Of a stretch of 38,085 bases of DNA, positions 16,335 through 23,175 are shown one piece after another. The stretch comes from a virus (taxonomy: Duplodnaviria > Caudoviricetes). A program made the translations under genes and the position numbers. Within the stretch, counting starts at the first letter, position 1. Each line of letters opens with the position of its first letter. The stretch covers positions 1-38,085 of IMG/VR virus record IMGVR_UViG_3300025344_000002; one strand, 5' to 3'. The notes under the pieces are model-generated. The model had not been told where the DNA came from, made no database searches, and saw nothing but the letters and a program-made list of their open reading frames with translations.

Positions 16335-16483
16335 TTTCTTTTAACTCCTTCCCATTTATTTAGTTTATATTTAACTGTTCTTAGCTCTCCGAAAATATAA
16401 CAAGTCTTTTTTGCGTAAGCTCCACAATCTGAGATATAGAGCTTACAGCCATTCTGATCGGAAATTAATTTCCAACCCATCAT
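16331..16483 (-). CDS. Small hypothetical protein (50 aa, MMGWKLISDQ...), not in the ORF track
   Basis: TAATG and ATGA overlaps with the flanking genes. Confidence 0.55.
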   Translation of the reverse strand: MMGWKLISDQNGCKLYISDCGAYAKKTCYIFGELRTVKYKLNKWEGVKRK

Positions 16484-17061
16484 TAACCTTTGCTAGTATA
16501 ATTACTTACAAATTTCAAAGTTGTATTGGCTTGGTGTTCTAATAACATCAACAGTGATTCAAAGTCCTCTTTTGATACGTTGTTTTCGTTGTTTTCTATG
16601 ACTTTATCCTGTACAGCCTTAACAATAACGCTTAGATAATCAACCATTGGTTCTTCTGGTTTCTTCTTAGATTTTCTAGTTTTCTTTACTTCTGGTTCTG
16701 TTTTTGGCTCTGTTTCTTTTTCTTTCTCTGGCTCTACTGTCTCAGCTTCTACAGCTTCAGTTTTTGCCTGTTCTTTATTGATAGATTCTTCCTGCTTCTT
16801 AGCTTCTATATGCTCTTTTAGCCCTGTTTCCGGCATTGGTGCAACCTCTTGTTTTGCTTCTTCTTCCTGCTCTGTTTTAAGCTCCTCTAATAGCTCTTTA
16901 ATGCTATCTTCCGTGATCTTATCAACTACATAGATGATACATTCGTCTTTAGTCCAATAGCCTATTTCTGCACGAGGTTTCTCGGCTTCCAGTTCTTTCA
17001 TTATTCTACTAGCCATAGCCCTTAAAAGCTTCAATTTTTCTTCTCTTAATATATCGTTCAT
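16483..17061 (-). CDS. Glu/Lys-rich hypothetical protein
   Basis: 192 aa; AAGGGAG RBS; low-complexity E/K/P linker. Confidence 0.75.
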   Translation of the reverse strand: MNDILREEKLKLLRAMASRIMKELEAEKPRAEIGYWTKDECIIYVVDKITEDSIKELLEELKTEQEEEAKQEVAPMPETGLKEHIEAKKQEESINKEQAKTEAVEAETVEPEKEKETEPKTEPEVKKTRKSKKKPEEPMVDYLSVIVKAVQDKVIENNENNVSKEDFESLLMLLEHQANTTLKFVSNYTSKG

Positions 17062-17099
17062 TTTCTTTAACTCCCTTTTATTTTTTACTTAACACCTTT

Positions 17100-17228
17100 G
17101 ACCATCGACAAGCATCTAATCCGAACAACTTGTCGATAGTCGGGCAGGTTTCCCAACCCATTTACATATTAAACCACCTCAATTCTTAAGCTTAAAGCTT
17201 ATGGGAACGCCTAGCTATTAGACGCTCC
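17100..17228 (-). other. Cluster of RNA hairpins in the intergenic region (candidate cis-regulatory or small RNA)
   Basis: GGAGCGTCTA/TAGGCGTTCC, GGGTTGG-GAAA-CCTGCCC and GACTATCGACAAG/CTTGTCGATGGTC; G-U pairs favour the minus strand. Confidence 0.5.
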
Positions 17229-17235
17229 AAAAACC

Positions 17236-19284
17236 TTAAATCTTATCTATAACTACTAATCTTGTGTTGACTCCTGTAGGCCTGTCGCTTGCCTTAAATG
17301 ATCCATCTTCTAGCTGTTCACTCCACCCCCTTTCATCTAGCCATTCTCTAAAAGCTACTGATCTTTTATCAGTTCTAAAAAATGCACCTTCGCCCATTAT
17401 TGCAACGATCCTGCCCCCTATCTTTAAATGCTTATAAGCTTTAAGAACTTGAAATATATCCTGCGAATCTTCAAAGGGTGGATTCATAATAATTCTGTCA
17501 TACTTTTCTACAGCTTCAACATCTAAAAAATCATGCTCTATTATGTTATGACCTTTAGCTTCTAATATATCTCTAAGTCTAGAATTGATCTCTACAACGT
17601 CAACGCTTGCACTTGGGAACGCTTCAATAATAGTGTCTACTATGTCTCCCTTTCCTGCTGATGGCTCTAGGATTAGAGAGTTTTCTTCTATGTCTGCCTC
17701 GTCTATCATACGGCCTACAATGTCGGAAGGTGTAGGAAAATAGCCGTCTATCTTACAGCCTATTAATGATCTTATCTGTTTTTTAAGCTCTCTCTCTTTG
17801 CTGTTTATTTCTTTAGCTGGCAAAAATGTTAAATACTCCCTTAGATAAGCTCTAAGCTCAGATAGTGAACGGATGCCCATTCTATTAAGTCGGCTTTTGT
17901 TTTTGAACATGTCTTCTAGGTTTGAGGACTGATAGCTTTTTGATTTTCTAGATAGTGTCTCAAGGTCTTTAATTAAATAGCTAAAATTAGCTTTTGTTCT
18001 TCCTGATGCTTTTTCATACTTAGCATATTTTAAAAGCCTATTACAAATAAGTTTTAAACCTTTTGTGTTCATTTCTTCATGTGCTAATCTTTCTATACTA
18101 TCAATGTAGATATAATCCGTTGGAAACTCTGCATACTTAACATCATCTAAGCCAACAGGATCAGCTTCTTCGTATCTCTCATTGTTAGCGATAGTTCTTT
18201 TATATCTACATGAATATAGAATACTATTCAATAATTGTAATTGAGCCTTGGAATTGATCTGACCAATAAAAGTAATAGACTCAGACTCTAAGCCCTCGGC
18301 AATATTTAAAAGCGTTTGCTGTGATCTTTCCAATGCTTCTGCTTGTGCTTCCATGTTAGAGGCCATCGATGCCCTACGGTGAGTATTTGCTAACCTTGGG
18401 GCTTTTCTCTCATCAATAGTACTTTGCATGTTGTCTGCTAAGTCTCTTAACTTCTCAGCGTTGGTTTGTTTGCGTTCTCGTTTGATCTCTTTAGTAGAAC
18501 CATCAAAGAACCCTACAGGATCAGCTTTAAATATAAACCCACCCTTGAACCTTGAATAATAACCACCCAATGATTTCATTTGGTTGCGTATAGTCATAAA
18601 TTCGAACTTATCTACTCTATCGATCATCTGAACAATCCAAAGAGGGGAGTTGTCTCTAGTGTCTACATCTTCAACTATATTGTAGTTATCTGTTTTGATC
18701 GTTGGCTTCTCTACTCTTCGGACTTGTCTCTTCTCTATCTGATCCAATGAATATAAATAGTCGTAGCTTATTTGTTCTTTATCCGTAAGCTTTACCCTAT
18801 GATAATTTTTCTTGCTGTATAATTCGTGCAATGTCTCAGGGTTATTAATAACTTTAAAATCTTTATCAAGCCCGGCCTGTTGCTTATCTTTCTTGGCCTG
18901 AATAGCTTCATCTGTCATATTATCAACAGTTTTCTTGACTGATTCGATTTGTAGCTCTTCGGCTCTTCCAAAGTCATTCATTCCACAAGAATAGGAAAAA
19001 CAATCTTTAACAGCATAGACTAGCCTAGTTATAATGTTTATATATGTTCCTTGGCATATCTCTTCTTTTGTTACTTTTCTCTTTCTCTTTGTTTTTTCGT
19101 GAGTATTCAAATATTCCATAATAAGAACTTTAACGTGATCCTTATTTTCTATTAAGTAGGCAAAGCGATCTTTTACCTCTTGGGCTGTAATCTCTAATGA
19201 TCCGATCCTTTTACCAAAATCAAACAATTCTTTTATATCGTGTGTGTTATCCTGCATTTTTTTCCTAGTTGTTAATAATTTCAT
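17236..19284 (-). CDS. Large multidomain protein with a C-terminal N6-adenine-type DNA methyltransferase domain (likely anti-restriction or early protein)
   Basis: YFPTP, ILEPSAGKG (SAM-binding) and IIMNPPF (catalytic) motifs; N-terminal GGYYSRFKGGFIF and coiled-coil segments. Start placed at ATG 19284 after GAGGA; the ORF track starts at 19377. Confidence 0.85.
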   Translation of the reverse strand: MKLLTTRKKMQDNTHDIKELFDFGKRIGSLEITAQEVKDRFAYLIENKDHVKVLIMEYLNTHEKTKRKRKVTKEEICQGTYINIITRLVYAVKDCFSYSCGMNDFGRAEELQIESVKKTVDNMTDEAIQAKKDKQQAGLDKDFKVINNPETLHELYSKKNYHRVKLTDKEQISYDYLYSLDQIEKRQVRRVEKPTIKTDNYNIVEDVDTRDNSPLWIVQMIDRVDKFEFMTIRNQMKSLGGYYSRFKGGFIFKADPVGFFDGSTKEIKRERKQTNAEKLRDLADNMQSTIDERKAPRLANTHRRASMASNMEAQAEALERSQQTLLNIAEGLESESITFIGQINSKAQLQLLNSILYSCRYKRTIANNERYEEADPVGLDDVKYAEFPTDYIYIDSIERLAHEEMNTKGLKLICNRLLKYAKYEKASGRTKANFSYLIKDLETLSRKSKSYQSSNLEDMFKNKSRLNRMGIRSLSELRAYLREYLTFLPAKEINSKERELKKQIRSLIGCKIDGYFPTPSDIVGRMIDEADIEENSLILEPSAGKGDIVDTIIEAFPSASVDVVEINSRLRDILEAKGHNIIEHDFLDVEAVEKYDRIIMNPPFEDSQDIFQVLKAYKHLKIGGRIVAIMGEGAFFRTDKRSVAFREWLDERGWSEQLEDGSFKASDRPTGVNTRLVVIDKI

Positions 19285-19481
19285 AATATTTATTCCTCGT
19301 TTTGTGTTGTTTTTTGATACTAGTTTTTTATAGTCTCCTTTCCGCTGTGAAGTATTCCAATAATATGCAGTAAGCAACAGATTTTTTTATATAAAGCTTT
19401 GTTATCTGCATTGGTTCCTGGACAAAAGAAAATAGTTGAAATTCCTGTAGCAAGCTATAAATAAATTAATATCCTTAAGCG

Positions 19482-19595
19482 TTACGCCTTTAAAGCTTCT
19501 TTTGTTCTTTTTGCTGTATAGCTCATAGCACCCTTTTGAATAATAAAATTATATCCGCACCCTCTTTTTTCTTTTGTCCAGTAAATATTTATCAT
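19482..19595 (-). CDS. Possible small protein or gene remnant (37 aa, MINIYWTKEK...)
   Basis: GAGGAG RBS and ATG just after the upstream stop; followed by about 200 nt without a clear gene. Confidence 0.35.
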   Translation of the reverse strand: MINIYWTKEKRGCGYNFIIQKGAMSYTAKRTKEALKA

Positions 19596-19599
19596 AGTT

Positions 19600-19860
19600 T
19601 TATAGCTCCTCTACTATTATTAGAGTTTTTTCAACATGTGCGAATGGTATATCTAAAAAATATTTACCATACCACTTATGGCCCTCAATATTTGCAAGCT
19701 CTTTAACTACATTACAATAAAACTCATAGTTATCTTTTAACCACTTGTCAACTTCTGGACTATATAATACGTGTAAATCTGAATAATGATTACCAAAGTT
19801 ACTTTCTTTTAAATCTAACTCTTTTTTTAACTGATCTTTTAATGTTTGCATTTTAACCAC
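19600..19860 (-). CDS. Hypothetical early protein (HYSDLHV...FLDIPFA)
   Basis: First ORF after the leftward promoter; the true start may be the ATG nine nucleotides downstream. Confidence 0.7.
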   Translation of the reverse strand: MVKMQTLKDQLKKELDLKESNFGNHYSDLHVLYSPEVDKWLKDNYEFYCNVVKELANIEGHKWYGKYFLDIPFAHVEKTLIIVEEL

Positions 19861-19935
19861 CTTTTATTTCTATTTATTTTTTACCTGTTGATGCTTTTAT
19901 CCTTTCTATTTAACCTTTGTTTATCTTACACTTGT

Positions 19936-19965
19936 ATAATAACATGGCAGCATAACAGTAGTCAA
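19936..19965 (-). promoter_or_regulatory. Putative leftward early sigma70-type promoter
   Basis: Minus strand TTGACT-18 nt-TATTAT with TGn extension, at the head of the leftward arm. Confidence 0.6.
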
Positions 19966-19969
19966 CTAG

Positions 19970-20330
19970 TATGCTTAAATAAATGTATTTATATATATGA
20001 ATATAATTAAACAGTTGTAAAGCTTCCTCCCCCTTATATAGATATATATATAATATATTATAATAATACTAATATATATATAGTAATATTCTATTGTCTT
20101 TATACTTAAATATATAACTAGTATATGTATATGCTTACATGATATGTTATTAAATATATATATAATATTAATATATATATAATAATATACTAATAATCAA
20201 AGAAGGTTTTTTAAATAAATATATATGAGCTTGGATTGTAAGCTTGAAGCTTATTGGATGGTGTAAGCTTGTAAGCTTGAGGGGATCAGGATCATGTTTG
20301 AGCTTGAGAAAGAACCCGGGGGGGCATTGG
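19970..20330. other. AT-rich non-coding control region with (AT)n tracts, clustered AGCTT motifs and a G-tract; candidate packaging/terminus site or origin
   Basis: ATATATATATAATATTA twice; six AGCTT motifs in 20228-20305; CCCGGGGGGGGC at 20315-20326; lies between divergent arms. Confidence 0.5.
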
Positions 20331-20358
20331 TTTCAGATGCTGTGCCGTGGGATGATTG

Positions 20359-20417
20359 ACCAAAACAAGTTAGTTATAATTTTTATCAATTAGTTAACCA
20401 GAACAAATGAGTTATAA
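20359..20417. repeat. Imperfect 21-nt direct repeat (20359-20379 and 20397-20417), candidate operator
   Basis: ACCAAAACAAGTTAGTTATAA versus ACCAGAACAAATGAGTTATAA, three mismatches. Confidence 0.6.
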
Positions 20418-20482
20418 AAATATTGAATATAAATTTTATGAATTAAGAAACAATTAGAATAGTAACTAGTTTACTATGAACC

Positions 20483-20511
20483 TTGCATATAGTAATTGAG
20501 TAGTGTATATT
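20483..20511 (+). promoter_or_regulatory. Putative rightward sigma70-type promoter starting at the tRNA-like RNA
   Basis: TTGCAT-17 nt-TATATT, predicted +1 near 20518-20520. Confidence 0.6.
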
Positions 20512-20519
20512 AGTATATA

Positions 20520-20791
20520 GCTAGGGTGGCGGAATAGGTAGACGCTAATCAGATATAAGGGAACTTGTTCGGTGTAGCGATACGGTGCGGGCAAGACCTT
20601 CCAGATGAGTATGGTAAGAAGGAAGGGCAAGAAGTAAAACGAGGCGTTACTCACAACACGCCTACCTTATATCATGCAGGGTGACTATACGAGTATACAA
20701 TAAAGAGTGGTAATGAGTTAACCTAACTCACGTTAATAAAAAAGGCTACTAGAAGTCATAGCTGGTTACTCGTCAAATCCCTGCCCCTAGC
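20520..20791 (+). ncRNA. tRNA-like structured RNA with large insertions in place of the anticodon loop and inside the T loop
   Basis: Acceptor-like stem GCTAGGG/CCCTAGC; D arm TGGCGGAATAGGTAGACGC; helix GATATAAGG/CCTTATATC; T-like stem GCAGGG/CCCTGC with CAAAT; several internal hairpins; no canonical anticodon loop and no encoded CCA. Confidence 0.75.
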
Positions 20792-20830
20792 TAAAAACAA
20801 TAAGGAGTTAAGCTTTATGGAGATATGGAA

Positions 20831-21052
20831 ATGAAGACTGTAGCTCTACTATGTAACGGCACAAGCTTACCAGATAAAATATATACTTAGGATATTATAG
20901 TTCGTGTTAATAAAGGGATACCTAGGAAAGATAAGCGTACTCATAAATGCGTTGAGTGTAAGAAAGAGACTGATATTGTTAAGAAAAAAAACATAATAAG
21001 CCCTTTGATAAAAGTTAATTGTACAGGGTTTGTTGGAAAGATAGAAAAATAA
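20831..21052 (+). pseudogene. Zinc-ribbon-like ORF interrupted by one in-frame TAG (20888-20890): pseudogene or read-through gene
   Basis: MKTVALLCNGTSLPDKIYT*DIIVRVNKGIPRKDKRTHKCVECKKETDIVKKKNIISPLIKVNCTGFVGKIEK*; GGAG RBS; final TAA overlaps the next ATG. Confidence 0.5.
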
Positions 21053-21372
21053 TGGGTCTAAACATTAGTGTTTATAAAATAAATAATCACGATAGAGATG
21101 AGCATGGAAACCTTGTTGATAGACCTATTGAATATGAAGAGTGGGATTCACTAAGACATGGATTGGATAGAATATTCGTACCAATTCCTATAAAGTGGGA
21201 TTATCTATATTATGCAGAAAGTATGTATCAGTCAGATGTTTATTATCAAAGACCAAACGATATAGACGAGGTTCTTGAGATGTTTAAAAATTCAGAGAAT
21301 AGAGACAGGTATATTGATATTCTTAAAAAAATGAAAACTGATAAAACTTTATGGTTTTATTTTGGTTATTAA
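21052..21372 (+). CDS. Hypothetical protein (MGLNISVYK...)
   Basis: ATG in a TAATG overlap; the ORF track starts at TTG 21019. Confidence 0.7.
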   Translation: MGLNISVYKINNHDRDEHGNLVDRPIEYEEWDSLRHGLDRIFVPIPIKWDYLYYAESMYQSDVYYQRPNDIDEVLEMFKNSENRDRYIDILKKMKTDKTLWFYFGY

Positions 21373-21389
21373 CAGAAAAGGAGTTTAGT

Positions 21390-21632
21390 ATGTTTAATAG
21401 AAGAGGTAAGTTTAGTGTATCTAAAGAGATGATTGATATTATTGTTAATAAAAAATACAGAAACATTTTAATGGACTTCATTATAGTTAAGGCAGAATTT
21501 GATTTTATTGAAGGTAAATTCAACTATTCAGCTTATTCGATGCTATTTGATGAGCTTGAAGAAGGAGATGAGATTCCTGAGTATATGATAATTTCAGATA
21601 AAGAAAAAATAAGAGCAGAAAGGATAGTGTAG
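21390..21632 (+). CDS. Hypothetical protein (FDELEEGDEIPEY motif)
   Basis: AAGGAG RBS before ATG 21390; the ORF track starts at 21351. Confidence 0.7.
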   Translation: MFNRRGKFSVSKEMIDIIVNKKYRNILMDFIIVKAEFDFIEGKFNYSAYSMLFDELEEGDEIPEYMIISDKEKIRAERIV

Positions 21633-21633
21633 T

Positions 21634-21894
21634 ATGAAAGTATTCGGTAAAAGGTTATTTATTAGAGAGTTAGAGGAAGAAGAAATCAAGATTGGCCTAC
21701 TTGTAATGAAAGAGTCGGATATATCAAAAGAGTACATTTCCTGTGAAGTACTAGCCATCGGTGATGAATGTGTGTTAGAACTTAAAGCAGGCGACACTGT
21801 ACTAGTCAAGTTAGGTAAATCTGGTACACTGATACAGAACAAAGATTATATTATTGAAGATGAAGATGTTTTAGGAGTAAAAGATGGAAGTTAA
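21634..21894 (+). CDS. groES: GroES-like co-chaperonin
   Basis: MKVFGKRLFI, EVLAIGD, LKAGDTVLV, GT and IIEDEDVLGV match the Cpn10 pattern. Confidence 0.8.
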   Translation: MKVFGKRLFIRELEEEEIKIGLLVMKESDISKEYISCEVLAIGDECVLELKAGDTVLVKLGKSGTLIQNKDYIIEDEDVLGVKDGS

Positions 21895-22084
21895 AATATC
21901 TAGTTACGATATGGTTAACGCTGGTGGGTTAAATCTAAATAACCTACTTAGAGAAAAAGGTATTGATCCTTCTAAGAGTTTTTCTAGTAGGAACGATAGA
22001 GAATCAGGAACAACAATCTTTAAACAAGCAGATTGTGATATGTTAAAAAAAGAAGGAGAAGAAAATGCAAAAGTCATTAATTAA
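21884..22084 (+). CDS. Hypothetical protein
   Basis: AGGAG RBS; overlaps both neighbours. Confidence 0.7.
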   Translation: MEVKISSYDMVNAGGLNLNNLLREKGIDPSKSFSSRNDRESGTTIFKQADCDMLKKEGEENAKVIN

Positions 22085-22553
22085 AAAAGGAATAGTTGGA
22101 AACGAATATATTGTGGAGCTTAGTACAGATTTTACAGACCTTAATCCAAAACATCTTATCGAAGAGTTTTTGATGGAATGTGGATTAGATGTTTCAAAAC
22201 CATACATTAGATATAGAAACGCTATGCAATTTAAAGAGGTTTATTATCAAACTAAAGAGCTTGCTGTAAATGCTAAGGAAAGTAAGGCTAAAGTTGAGGT
22301 TTCTGAGCCTAAAGAGGTAGTAGAATACGTTATTGAGCCAGAAATACCAGTAGTAGAGCAATCAGAGGCGTTAGATGCTATAAATGACGTTCTTGATGGG
22401 AATGTCGAGCTTACTGAAGAAGAAAAGGCTGAATTTAGTGAAGATGAGGACTTAGATGTTCCACCTGAAGAAACTGTTGAACTAAAACCAGTTGTTAAAA
22501 AAAATAAAGGTGGTAGACCAAAGAAGGTTGTCGCTAAAGAGGAAATGATCTAA
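22065..22553 (+). CDS. Hypothetical acidic protein with a C-terminal KGGRPKK motif
   Basis: AAGGAG RBS; 162 aa. Confidence 0.7.
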   Translation: MQKSLIKKGIVGNEYIVELSTDFTDLNPKHLIEEFLMECGLDVSKPYIRYRNAMQFKEVYYQTKELAVNAKESKAKVEVSEPKEVVEYVIEPEIPVVEQSEALDAINDVLDGNVELTEEEKAEFSEDEDLDVPPEETVELKPVVKKNKGGRPKKVVAKEEMI

Positions 22554-22724
22554 ATGCCAGTTAAAGAAAAAATTTGGGATAAGCTTTACTGGAACGCTTT
22601 GATTATCTTACAGAAACCTGAGCATAGAGAAAAGCTTAAGGATGTAGCAAAAGCTTCTGGTCTTAGTAGAGCTAAATTTATAGGCAAGTTGATTGCAGAG
22701 GCTATTGAAGTAGATGTTATCTAA
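22554..22724 (+). CDS. Small putative ribbon-helix-helix DNA-binding protein (56 aa), not in the ORF track
   Basis: EHREKLKDVAKASGLSRAKFIGKLIAEAI fits the RHH pattern; fills the gap exactly. Confidence 0.6.
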   Translation: MPVKEKIWDKLYWNALIILQKPEHREKLKDVAKASGLSRAKFIGKLIAEAIEVDVI

Positions 22725-23175
22725 TGAAGATTATGATGAAGCGATTGTCGTTGAAAATGTTAAGGCTGTACATAGGACTAACAAGAAGACTGTTCTTAAA
22801 ACCATTAAGCCGTTCAGAGATAAAGCACCTGTCGCAGAGCCAAGAGTTGTTGAAAGCGATTTACAAGAACAATTAAGCATGAAAGCTATCAAGAGCGAGG
22901 AACGTAAACTTGCTCATGTAGCGTTAAAGAATAAGCTTGCACCACCAAGGAAAGTTTGTAGGAAATGTTGGGGTGAAGGTGAAGATAAACATGGAGAGAC
23001 TTGTAAGGTTTGTATAGGTGAAGGATTTGTTGATGTAGAGCCTGATATGAGGGCTGTTGAGCTTGTGCTTAAGCCTGAGTTTCCTAAAACTAATGTAAAC
23101 CTCAGTCTAAACGTTAATGATATGACACCTGACCAACTTATTGATATGCTTGATAATCTTAAGCCTATTAAATAA
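22714..23175 (+). CDS. Probable terminase small subunit with a DnaJ-type zinc-finger insert
   Basis: Directly upstream of terL with TAATG coupling; CRKCWGEG and CKVCIGEG motifs; DMTPDQLIDML tail. The TerS call is positional. Confidence 0.5.
   Translation: MLSNEDYDEAIVVENVKAVHRTNKKTVLKTIKPFRDKAPVAEPRVVESDLQEQLSMKAIKSEERKLAHVALKNKLAPPRKVCRKCWGEGEDKHGETCKVCIGEGFVDVEPDMRAVELVLKPEFPKTNVNLSLNVNDMTPDQLIDMLDNLKPIK

Noticed and set aside
20356-20380. TTGACC...TATAAT as a promoter
   Set aside because: The spacer is only 13 nt; the sequence is better explained as part of the 21-nt direct repeat.
10501-20470. ACTAGT palindromes near several promoters as a shared operator
   Set aside because: The hexamer is also common inside coding regions, so I cannot show enrichment without a count.
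20466-20654. 62-aa minus-strand ORF over the tRNA-like element
   Set aside because: It runs against the rightward promoter and overlaps a region better explained by RNA structure.
20520-20791. Canonical tRNA, amber suppressor, tmRNA or cobalamin riboswitch
   Set aside because: There is no 7-nt anticodon loop or CTA anticodon in position, no G3-U70 pair, a D stem is present, and the B12-box consensus is missing. Kept as an unassigned tRNA-like RNA.
20888-20890. Genome-wide TAG reassignment
   Set aside because: Long genes are intact under the standard code, and TAG ends several genes right before the next RBS or start (for example 12853, 21632, 26956, 37194).
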